NCBI RefSeq assembly: GCF_002571385.2
Contig: NW_019218062.1
Span: 262,404-326,403, forward strand
Direction: 5' to 3'
From: Stylophora pistillata
Lineage: Eukaryota
DNA: 64,000 bases
Part shown: positions 37,883 to 49,051 of the stretch, piece after piece
Position numbering within the stretch: position 1 is the stretch's first letter
Layout of the letters: each line of letters starts with the position of its first letter
Notes under the pieces: generated by a model
Databases searched by the model: none
Told to the model about the DNA's origin: nothing
Seen by the model: the letters and a program-made list of their open reading frames with translations, nothing else
Position numbers and translations under genes: made by a program

Positions 37883-40141
37883 ATGGACAAGCGAATCTTT
37901 CTTTTGCTTATTGTGCTGGTCGCCTTCTCTGTTGAAGCTAAAAAGAAAATCCTCAAAAAGAAGCTAAATCAGCTTAAAGGTAAGAAAATAACTATTCAAA
38001 GCTCACCGTGTTTGATGTTTTTAAACTGAAATAATTGAGAAAAAAAGAGTTGTACTAAAGCGTTTAAGCAGCAATTGCTCAGAAACAGTCACTTTACTGA
38101 AGTTAGTGGGGAGATTGCTTTCGACTAACTGTGATTTTGATTGACTGTTTTTACGAAAGAACATGTAGCAAAGAAGGACAGGCTTTATTTAAACACAAAG
38201 TGAAAAAAAGTTGTATCAAAATATGTGCGTTTAAAAGCAAAGAAATAACAAAATTCCAATAGGTCATAACACTGGTAAACACATTCCAAAACTATAAAAC
38301 GTCTAGTCCTATAAAGCTTGATGGCTTAGCTCTAAAAACTTGAGATTATTGATTGAAAAAAATCAGTAGTCTTGACAATTTTATTTAAGGGAACGACTTT
38401 GGTTTTATCTTTGAGAACTTAAGCCAACAATCAAATGAGTGGGACTATCTACGAAAGCACCAACAGGTTATAATCTCGTCACTTGACAAGATAAAGCAAC
38501 CACCAGTTAACAGACGAAAGCATCTGAACCGATGTGAATAACTGATTGTTAACAGAAAAAAAATCCTGACATGTTTACTTTCCTCAGAACCTTCGGCGAT
38601 TTGAAAATCAGTAAAATTGTGATTTGCTAAACTTTTGTGATTAATGAAGAAAAACAACATAGAACAGATTCGAGTTTGCTCAAAATACAAATGAAACAAC
38701 TATAAGGTAACGATAGACGTGAAGAATTCACCCTGTCCGTCTTCAGTAAGCTTAATGCCATCACTGGAGACGCGCGCTAGTCATAGAGAGCAGATAAATT
38801 TGTTTTTCGGTCACCTAATAAGAATTCAGACACTTTCTGGCCAAATAAGGCAACTTTCCAGCTAGTGCCACTGGTCACGTGACTTTGCGCGCTCGTCCTC
38901 TTGACACAGATCTTAAGCTTGTTGATGATGACATGTCGTTCACGCACGCTTGTTTTGCAAAGCATTTCATGTTAAAAGAGATCTCATTCTCTGTCAACCA
39001 GCGTACCTTTTTATATTTTCCTCTAGAGATCGAAAATAGTAAAAATCAGAAGTAATCTTGCAGTTTTAGACTTAAACTGCAGGAGCCACCGAAAAAGAAC
39101 ATTGAAAACAACTTATGAAAGGTTTACATTTTACTCCCTCCTCGGTCTTCGAGAGTCTTTTGAGAGAAAATGATCACCGTTTTAGAAGAAAAAGCATTTG
39201 AAGTCTGAAAAATCTGAGGGGAGACTAAAGAAAGAGACCTTTTTTTAACAAACAAACAGACCTCCCTATGCTAGCCTATAATTTTTTCTTCTTCTGGTGG
39301 CTACCTCCTTGAGTTCATCTTTTGTCGATGAAATAAAACGTGTTTATAAGACAGTCATTAGATATTTTGTCTAAATGTAGAACAGCGTTCTTCTAGTCAT
39401 ACGGATGTCTTAATTGAGAATTATCTGTGTAACTGATTTAGAGTAGATTTGTAAGAACTGATTGTCTCCCTCTTTCATGGTCCGTTAGGTGCAAAGAAAT
39501 GCGGATACGGATGCCCATCAACCTGTCCTTGTCAGCCAACCTGCTGCCCACCACCTCCACCACCCCCACCTCCACCTCCAGTATGCTGTCCCCCTCCACC
39601 TCCACCACCACCAATAGCAACAAGTAGTCAGGCAGGGCTTATCCACCATCACTTCCACCCAGGACCACCTCCCCCTCCTCCTCCCCCTCCAGCTCCATGC
39701 CCACCACCATGTCACTTTGGACACACCGTGCACCACCACGTATACCACGCCAGCCCACCAGGCCCCCCTCCAGCACCCATGCCCTCTCCTCCACCCTTCT
39801 CCACTGAATCACACGCTCATGTCTTTGTCCACCACTCACATCCTGGACCTCCACCACCTCCACCACCTCCACCCGCTCCGTGCCCACCCCCATGCCACAG
39901 TGTTCAGACAGTCCACGTTCAACAACACCACTTCCCACCACCACCATGCCCTCCACCCTGCCCTCCCCCATGTCCGCCACCGTGCCCACCCCCATGCCCA
40001 CCACCCTGCCCTCCTCCTCCTCCACCCTGCCCACCCCCATGTCCTCCAACTTGCACTCCACCATGCAGTGCCTGCTGCAAGAAGGGAAAAGTCGACAAGA
40101 AGGGCAAGAAGAACGATGAAGAAAAGAAGGACAAAGAGTAG
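37883..40141 (+). CDS. Secreted minicollagen-CRD / polyproline / His-rich protein (249 aa). Exons 37883-37979, 39489-40141
   Basis: MDKRIFLLLIVLVAFSVEA plus a Lys-rich propeptide, then GAKKCGYGCPSTCPCQPTCC, four His/Val blocks between polyPro tracts, (CPPP)n, CPPPCPPTCTPPCSACC and a charged tail. Same phase-1 intron position as its neighbours. Confidence 0.92.
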
Positions 40142-40798
40142 ACAAGAAGACTGAAGGATGGCTGCTTATTCAACGCTGCAAGGACTTTGTTTTAAGATGA
40201 ATTGCGGATAAGCACCCAGCGTTTGGGTTTTTAAACGTTGGGGCAGTGTAACTGTGTTGAAAACATGTTTTTAAGCTATAGTTAGTGGACTAACTGGCGT
40301 CAATCTCAAAAGAGTTCGAATTCAGGATGAATGTCTTTGTAAATAAGGATTACTCCAGTGTGATGAAATGGAACTTGACTATATGTCTTAGTTGAATTCG
40401 AGTTCTTGGGATCGTTTTGTTGTCAGAGCGGCTGTGAGAAAACAGCTTAGTCTTATATACAACTGATGTTATGTTGTCAATTAAATTATGTTGAAACAAA
40501 AGACTTCGCCTGAGGCTAGATCCTTTCTATCTATCATGAGAAAAACAACTTATCTACCGTCGCTGGCCTTTATGACACTTTTTGTTATTGCAGTGCTGTT
40601 GACTTTTAAAGTTTTCAGCCTTTTTCAAAGACTAGCACTGATCTTTTTAAGTTCTGTTTCTCTAAGTATAAAGTCAGAAAAAGAGTGTTACAAGATGGGA
40701 AGAAGGGCAGCCATAATGGGAACACGAAAGTGGTAGTTTGGGATATTGAACAGGGCTGACCCTAATCGTCCATTTCGAGCGTTGTGTAGGCAGGAGAT

Positions 40799-40869
40799 GG
40801 GGACATAGTTCAGTTGAACAGCTTTCGACTGCAGGTCAAGAGATCACCGGTTCAATCAGGTTGTCCCCT
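40799..40869 (+). pseudogene. Degenerate tRNA-Cys(GCA)
   Basis: ggggacatagttcagttgaacagctttcgactGCAggtcaagagatcaccggttcaatcaggttgtcccct aligns to eukaryotic tRNA-Cys, with damaged D and T arms. Confidence 0.7.
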
Positions 40870-41993
40870 TATTTTATATTTCCTTGATCGTGTCTGCCGT
40901 CGTCTTTCTTTCCCCATTACAATTTTCAATTTTCTACATCTTAATTATAAAACGAGGTCTTACTTGTAGGACGCGATGATAGTCTTTGTCGGCAGAATGG
41001 ACCGTAGGTGAGTAGATTAAAGTGAGTGCTCACTAATATTGGTTTACAGTTCGCTACAGCTCATATGGTTATACAGGTGACTTTCCCTAGATAGACCACT
41101 CGACAACTCAAACCTAGCTCCATATATAGTTGTATGTGGTGAACGATAACCAGCACGAGCCACAGGGGGTCTTAGCTGAGGCATGCAGAAACTCGCTGTT
41201 TCCTAGCAATTTGTATTCGGTATTCTCATAAAGTTCGAAGACCAGGGCTACTGATACTCGAAATGTTTTTCTACACTACTACCAGTTTTAATTTGATACC
41301 ATACATCAAATGCTACCTTTGGATATTTTGAAAGCATTATTGTCACACAATTGGTGCTATAAATCAGCTCTGTAATAGAGAGTTTAAGCGATAAAGAAAT
41401 TGGGACCAATGCTGCCAAAGATGGTCGCTCACAACACTTTCTGCGTATAGTGCCATGAAAGTTTTGGTATTTGTAGAAATTTCATTTCTTGAAGTTGAGG
41501 TCAGTGGATTTAATAAAACTGACAAAAGTTGAAATAGGGCCTTAAACTCCTGTAAAACTGATGTTGAAATCTTTTAAAACTCCCAAGCTTTCTTCGATCC
41601 ACGGCGTCATCAGGGATGAAAAACATTTTCTGCGTAAGGCTTAAAATGAGTTTTTTTCGAGAGATCCAGAGCAAGGAAATAAAGTGTTTAGGACGGTCGC
41701 AAAGGAAAGCTATCTAAGAAGTTTGAAACAAAACCTTAACAGTTTTTATTAGCCACCCTAAATAGCACAATGAAACATGCCTAGTTCAGTTTAATTGAAT
41801 TGATGAGCAGCCCTATATTGAGCTTCTTTCGTGGCATAAACAAAACAAACGGCTGTCCATTATATTTACAGCAGAAAGGGAAACGAAGAACGCATATCTT
41901 GGACTTTTCCTTCTATGACCCTTTTGCATAAGGCGTCGCCATTAGCACGTAGGTGTCCTTTAGATGCACGGTTGACTGGCAATTCAGAGTACC

Positions 41994-44095
41994 TTAGTTC
42001 TCAGCAGAACGTTTCCTTTTATCGCAACATTCAGGTTTACATTTTGGTGCGCATGATCGTGCACAGGGCGCGGGGCACGTCGTCTGTGGAGGAGGCATCA
42101 TCATCATGGGTTGTTGAGGGGGCATCATCATCGGAGGTTGCATTGGAGAAGGTTGCATGTTCATTGGAGGGAAAGGTGGCATCATCATCGGTTGAGGAGG
42201 TGGTCCCTGGCAGCAGGTAGGAGCACAGGATGGCTGGCATTGCTGCATGGGAGGCATCGGTGGCATTGGTGGTGGAAGGGGTGGAAGTGGTTGAGGGTTG
42301 CAGCACCTCGGTGAACAGGCAGGATAGCAAGCCTTTGGGCAACCTGGCGGGCAAGGTGGTGGTGGCTGAACGGGGGGAGGAGCAGGTGCTACCATTGGAG
42401 GAGGAGGCCCCATAACCATTGGTGGTGGTTGAGGGGGCATCATTGGTGGAGGTGCACAACAGCCTGCCTGCTGGCACTGATCAGGACAAGGAGTGGACTG
42501 AATTGGAGACACCTGGGGCATCCCGCCCCCTGGGCTGATAGTTGTAGTCCATTTCAAGCAAACGGGAGGACACTGAGGGGGAGGAGCTGGCATTGGCATC
42601 GGTGGGGGAGGGGGTGGTGGTGGTGGAGGAGGCGGTGGTGGAATGGGCATACAACAGGATGGCTGACATAGGGGAGCACAGGATGGAGCACAAGACGCCC
42701 CACACGGACTCCCTGTGAAAAAAAAAATAGAAACGTTATATTTCCGAAAGAGAGTTTGATGATGAATTGGAGGTACTTGCCTCAGTCCTGGACATTATGG
42801 TTTCACATTTTACTGGCAAGTGGTGGAGTTTCCTTATCTAGTTTAACTCATATAACTTCATAATAACTCTAAACTTACTCTTTGCTCTCAATTCTGCGAG
42901 CTTGCTCTGAACTGAAATGCAAAAATACAATGTAAGTAACTTGGAAAAACTTTTTTAAAAACTCCACCGTACGTTATTTAAAATTGTAAGTACGAAAGAC
43001 GGGCAGTTTTTAACAGGTGTTACAATTTTTACATTTCAAACTTCGTGTTCGTCGCCGCACGTGGAGAGATTTGATGTTTTATTCTTACCCACATGCTTAT
43101 GCAATTCGGCATAAAAATCTCTTAGCGTAAGTTGATGAAACAGTGGGGCACAAATTGTAGGAAGTGCATTATAAGTTTCTCTTCACTGCCAGTTATCATT
43201 CGCAAAAAAATTATCAGTCATGCAAATTGAAGCGTAAAAGCTTGGTGAAAGAAGTACGTTAAAGTCGTACAGGGCTGAAATCACGGGTAAGCAAAAAACT
43301 ATGTCCGACACCAACAGGAGTATTTTTTTTTTCTTCCTTGTCTATCGAAGTTTTGGTGCCATATTGAAGCTTTTTGGTGTATTAATATGCACTACCGCAA
43401 GCGCACGAAATTCATAGGACTTCTCAACAGAAATAGATTCGTTTCTTGCTGGATTAGACATCGCGAAGCCAAATGGCACAGTTTAGCCAATTTGTAGCTA
43501 GTTGGCTTAATCAAGATCATGAAAAAAGACAGGTCTCTCCATTTTTCTTTCGGTTGTGACAGGTTTTTCGCACTGGTGGTCAATGAATTTGATCAAGCAA
43601 AAAACTGTCTTCGGGCACAAATTATCATCTCGCTTGTACTTGGGGTTCAGAAGTTAAAAAAATAACTTGGATTGATCTGTTTTCGTCGGTCCATGTGAGA
43701 TAGATTCGAGAGGTTATCAATTAGAACTCGAACAGATGAAATATGTTTTACAGGTAAACTAACCAGCGACGATTGATAACTTTGATAAGCCGTGGGTCCT
43801 CTGTAAATCATTTTTCATTCTAACAATGACTGTTCTCATTTAGCTAATCCTTTGAAATCGAACAGTACACTAGCTTTGGTTATAAATGAGGCGATTAATA
43901 CGAAAACTTAACCTTTTATGGTTGATTACGTTCAGAGGCAGAGAATGGGTTGTTATTAAATTTCATCAGGATAATTTACAAAATAGAATTATTTCAAAAG
44001 TTCCCTCGTTCAATGCAATACTTACTAACGGAACTCTCAACATGAAGAACCGCAGCGAAAACAATTGATGCGACTATCGCTATCCAGGTCTTCAT
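41994..44095 (-). CDS. Secreted multi-CRD polyproline, Met/Gln-rich protein, CPP-1/minicollagen-like without collagen (273 aa). Exons 44095-44026, 42911-42879, 42712-41994
   Basis: MKTWIAIVASIVFAAVLHVES-SVIQSKLAELRAKR-SPCGASCAPSCAPLCQPSCC, further CRDs CPPGCPKACYPACSPRCC and CPAPCARSCAPKCKPECC, ending DKRKRSAEN*. Phase-1 introns; likely UTR exon ending at 44477. Confidence 0.92.
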
Positions 44096-45491
44096 TTTGG
44101 AAATTATCTAAAGAAACCAAAAAGGAGAAATTCAGGTATTACATAACCGTGTTAGAACAAAATGAAGAAGTCCATATTGTAAATCAAAATATTAAATCAC
44201 CGTGACAATTTGACTGACTCCCTTGTCTAAGAAGTTATCGATCATGTGAAGCGAGCCACGGTTAGGGAAAACAACACGAGAACAAACCGACTTTTTCCAA
44301 GGAGGCTATTTATCGTTTGACACATTATTTACAATTACTCTCTCTGGGATGAAAAATACCTGATACATGGAATTTCCTCTCTAACATAAAAAGGTGTTTT
44401 CTTTAAACTCTCACTATAAATTGTATACTTTGAAACAACCAAGAGCTGTAGGTAAATACTAGGTGTTAACTCTTACTTGGAGATGCCCTCGGTAACTTTC
44501 TTCCTTTAGAACTTCTCCGCTAAATTAGATCTTTGTTTGTAGAGGTAAAGACTACCGGTTGTTCATAGCAGTGCTTATTAATATATTAAACAACACCTCA
44601 GCTCACAAATGTCGTGGGATTCCATTTTTGTCGCATAATCACTGCAAAGTGTAAAACCGTGTTCACAAGCGTCAATAGAATTGGATCAGCAGAAAAATAA
44701 TTTCTTTTTAGTCAAGTCATACTCCATGGATATTTTCGCGGTAACGATCAATTTGAAACAGATCTTTCTCGCTTCAACTGATTGTAAGGATCTCTACGAG
44801 TAATAAATATTTCAGATGTCGTGAGTAAGACAACTCGGTGATTTTTCTTCAGGATTACCGGGAGACTTTGACCACAAGCAGAACAGTAAACAAGTCTACA
44901 GGTGCTAAGGAAAAGCATTGTCCTCAATTGGTTAAAAACGCTCCCCAGAGAAAAATTTTTGGAGGCTTGAGAAAATATCCTGAGAACACCGTTATTTTTA
45001 TCTGAGACCATGGAATTCTATAATCCACTGTTTTAATCGTTTTTAAAGCAGGTCATGATCAAACTGTTGAATTGTCAGATTTAGAAAGTCTTATTAGAAT
45101 ATACCACGAAAGAGAGACTTTTTCCCTTGGAACTTAGCGTATAAGTAACCCAAGAAAGTCAGTCATGCAGTTTACAAACTAAGAGGACAAAATGAATTCA
45201 CATAAAAACACCAAATCGCGGTAGACAGTTTGACATCACCATGGTAACTTGCCATAGTTAGTTGCGTTAAGAAAGCGGGGGTATTTTGAAATGTGAATTC
45301 TAATACTTGTGAATTTACATTTGCAGCTTCCAAAGCAAGAATAAACGTGACTTAAACCCTAACCTTTATCACTGATTCACAAGTGAAATTTCGAACGTAA
45401 AACAAGGCCACCTCTTTACGGTGGAGAATAGGGCTTGGAATGATGCGATAATATTTTTCCTCCTTGTTACATTTTCAGAGTACTTGGTAAT

Positions 45492-45946
45492 CAGATACAA
45501 TGAAAATATATGAAGTTCATATATTTTGAACTGCAGTATTAGATACGTATGATGCACGATCCTCGCAGTAGATAGCGCTATTTAAGCAATAGCGAAAATC
45601 AGACCTGAAAAAAATCAGGTCTGTACGGGATTCGAACCACTGACCTCTGCGATACTAGTGCAGCGCTCTACCAATTGAGCCAACAAGCCAACTGGGAGCA
45701 GGCCGTTAAGTTGATTCGTAATAAACCCGTGAAAGTGATAAATCAGATACACAGAAAATATATGAAGTTCATATATTTTGAACTGCCTGATTGATCAACT
45801 TAACGGCCTGCTCCCAGTTGGCTTGTTAGCTCAATTGGTAGAGCGCTGCACTAGTATCGCAGAGGTCAGTGGTTCGAATCCCGTACAGGTCTGATTTTCG
45901 CTATTGCTTAAATAGCGCTATCTACTGCGAGGATCGTGCATCATAC
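45492..45946. mobile_element. Palindromic tRNA-derived element with A-B-A-B' architecture and 12-bp flanking direct repeats
   Basis: Inverted arms ~45546-45715 / 45793-45947 each contain a tRNA-like sequence (AGT loop). A ~43-bp direct repeat lies at 45492 and 45744. gtacttggtaat flanks the element at 45480-45491 and 45947-45958. Confidence 0.8.
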
Positions 45947-45989
45947 GTACTTGGTAATACTGTAATGAAAATACTAGTCGCACTGATTA

Positions 45990-46050
45990 GGGGGCATATC
46001 CGTTTGGCAGAACATTCTACTGCAGATCAAGAGGTCGCACGGTTGCCCCT
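45990..46050 (+). pseudogene. Degenerate tRNA-Cys(GCA) with a T-arm deletion
   Basis: ggggcatatccgtttggcagaacattctactGCAgatcaagaggtc...ggttgcccct retains the tRNA-Cys anticodon arm and acceptor ends, followed by a T run. Confidence 0.6.
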
Positions 46051-46801
46051 TTTCTCATCTCTTTCATCGTTTTTGTCCAGACACAATGGCCTTTTTGTAA
46101 CTTTTCATCGTGGCGCATCTGTAGATAGTCATTTTTTCTTTCATTTGATATCAGCGCGGTCACTGGCTGTGAAATTCTTCTTAATAAGAGATATCCAGTG
46201 GAGAAACAAAACAAAGAAAAAATAAACAAACAAGAAAAAAAGCAATAAGCATCACCTTTGTGGTACCAAACTGAAATATATTCAGTTTTGTGAAAGTATA
46301 AATCGAATGAGGTGGAGTCCTTGCTTTTATTCAACTTTATAACTTTATATTATCTGCGAAAAACACTTCTTACAATGATCTACTAACACTACTGAAAAAA
46401 CACGCATTACGCTACTTACAACACATCTACAACTACTTACACTTAAAAATACTGCGGCACAATACCAATACTTTGTTTGCAGTATCGTAAAATTTTATGT
46501 CACGATCGTCGATCGAACTTAAATTATCTCCATTACTTACAATATAAGATACTTAGCACAATACAGTGCCATACAATGCAACTAACCGACGATATAGTCG
46601 AGTCCTTGTTTGGATTTTTCTCATGTAAAGTTCTTAAAAGTTTTGGCCTGAAAAGAAAAAGTCAAAAAATCATAAAATTGGGGATTATCTTAGAGGTCTG
46701 AGTTACATAATGATGTACCTTATCTTGATGTCACCTCGTGAACCTCAGATTCAACCTTCGAAAAAAGGAACATTGCAACTAGGGCAAAATCACCAACGCT
46801 C

Positions 46802-46872
46802 TGCACTGGCCGGGAATCGAGCCCGGGCCTCCCGCGTGGCAGGCGAGAATTCTACCACTGAACCACCAGTGC
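46802..46872 (-). tRNA. trnG-GCC: tRNA-Gly(GCC), T54C variant
   Basis: gcactggtggttcagtggtagaattctcgcctGCCacgcgggaggcccgggCtcgattcccggccagtgca; full cloverleaf; TTTT about 12 nt downstream. Confidence 0.85.
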
Positions 46873-47566
46873 GCTCAACGAAATATTACGTTAGAATTAG
46901 TGATGGATTGTTAACTGTTAAACGTGCATTAGATCCATGGATTGTCGTCCCTGATTTTCGGTTACCGAGGAAACGAAATAACAAGTTAGGTTGAAGTGAT
47001 TAACTCATCCAGGACTCACTAATGTCACAATGTTGGCAAGTCAGGCTTTCGCAATGTGACGAGCCACAGAAGTTATCAGGCTAGAGGTATGTAAAGGCTA
47101 AGGGATTGAATGAGAAGCATAGAATATGGTTAAAGGCGTTTAACGATTGATTTATGGATGGATTAAAAAGAGGAGAAAAAGCTTCCCCATCATTTTAATC
47201 AAAACTTATTAACAAAACTTTAAAGTACTTTTCACTTAAGGATTTTGGGACAGTGTACTCGTAGTCAATATCTTACTGCAGACATACTTGGGGTTTCTAA
47301 AATAAACACCATGCATGATTTGCAGTGACGGTTGGATATTCAAATCTTTTTTCGTCCAATTTCATTACTTTCTTCGAAGGAATTCTTTAATTAAATGTTC
47401 GGCGTTGGTCTCGGATATTCAAAGAGAGTTGTGGCGTCTCGCGGTTGTCGAATTCTATTTTTTTACCCCGCTTATCACGAGCAAGACCCAAGAGGACGTT
47501 ATCCAATGTTTTCATCTCATACGGGTAAAAATGTTCCCAAACATAGAACCATATAGAGCTCGTAGA

Positions 47567-47637
47567 GCACTGTTGGTTCAATGGTAAAGTTCTCGCCTGC
47601 CACGCGGGAGGCCCGGGTTCGATTCCCGGCCAGTGCA
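47567..47637 (+). tRNA. trnG-GCC: tRNA-Gly(GCC), A-box/D-arm variant (possibly a pseudogene)
   Basis: gcactgTtggttcaAtggtaAaGttctcgcctGCCacgcgggaggcccgggttcgattcccggccagtgca; four 5'-half differences from the minus-strand copy; TTTT downstream. Confidence 0.78.
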
Positions 47638-49051
47638 CGTGTAGAGATGTTTTCCCCAAATATTTTTTTTCGTAAGTCAGATACGATTCGGAGAGTCCAA
47701 AATATGGACCTGTGCTCCTCTGCAGCCGCCCGACTACAAAATTCGATTTTTTTGCGCCGCATATCACGTGCTATTCACGCGGCGCTTTCATTAAGCTCTT
47801 TCCGTCGTCTTTCATGATCTTTTTGACCCGTGGGTGGTTCCTTTCGGAGACAATGCAGGGCTAAACGCATTAGTACTGGAATATGATTTATGACGTCAGC
47901 ATACAAACGAAATCGCTCAGGGCCAGACTACGTTAAATATTGCACTAAAAAAATCGACTCTTTCTCTTTTCTTACTTTAATCTATCTGCTCCAATATCAC
48001 CTTTCGGTAAAACTAATACGAATATAGGGCTATTGAAGCAATAAGGTCAGGAAAGGGTCGGACGAGGCAACTGTTTGTAAAGTTTATTTACTGAATGTCT
48101 GTAAGATACACAAGATGGAGATTTAGATTATATAACTTGTGTGCATCTGAAACAAGTGACCGAAAATCCTAACAATTATTAATTTGAAACAGTGTGTGTC
48201 AATTTGGTGTTCTGTCGCATTTCACTGTCATAATTGGGTAGTCCATGTTAGAGAATCGTTATTACTTTTTTAGCATTTTAATCTCCGACAGCGGCGTGAT
48301 CGATTTGACTTTGAAATGTTGTCGGCAAATAGACGTAACACATGATATATTTCCTGCTTCCGTAGATACACAAGAACCCGATTTAACGTCAAACAAAAAA
48401 ATTCAAATTTATTACCTGCAAATTAATGTCAAAGTCTCTCATATCTACTGAGAGGCGGCTTAAAAAGACCATCTATTGTAGCGAGTAGTTATAACCAGTA
48501 TTAAAACAGTTTGTGCGGAAATAAAAATATTGGATAATGCAACTATTTGAAAACTAACTAAAGGAAATATATTTCAGTCGAGACAAATCATTACCAGTTA
48601 TGAATAAAGGCTGATATTTTGTAAAGAAACTGTTTGGGGCTGCGTCGGTGGGGGTAACGAAATAATTTGGATATATCAACAAAGTTGACATTACCAGTTA
48701 TGCCGAACAGTAATAAATCATTAAGGCAAAATTTTACCGAGCTATATTTCCTGAGCAGTCCTCACATAACTTCCGACATTTAGATTTTAATTACGGTTAG
48801 GAAATCACACAAAAGAAAAGATTTACTTTCAAACTAATTCGATAAGAAAAAGTTTACCTAACTCTTTAAACTGCAATTCAAAACACCAATGAAAAAGTGA
48901 TTAAGGATTTCCTGCCCTACCCAGCAAAGTGATGGACATTGTCCTCAAATTTTAAACAGTAATAGATGTTCTATATAACAATCGTATCTCGATCTGTTAA
49001 TCAGAAGCGATCAGAAGAGGTCCTGGAAAACTGAATAAGCTGGTTTTCAGC

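Noticed and set aside
31224-42705. Gly/Trp/Val-rich antisense and alternative-frame ORFs over the Pro-rich exons
   Set aside because: Shadows of CCN-rich coding sequence; no signal peptides or splice support.
30491-44095. Calling the CRD genes true minicollagens
   Set aside because: No Gly-X-Y triple-helix repeats in any of the four proteins.
45820-45893. Functional tRNA-Thr(AGT)
   Set aside because: The T stem has two mismatches, the anticodon stem is imperfect, and the sequence is embedded in a repeated palindromic element.
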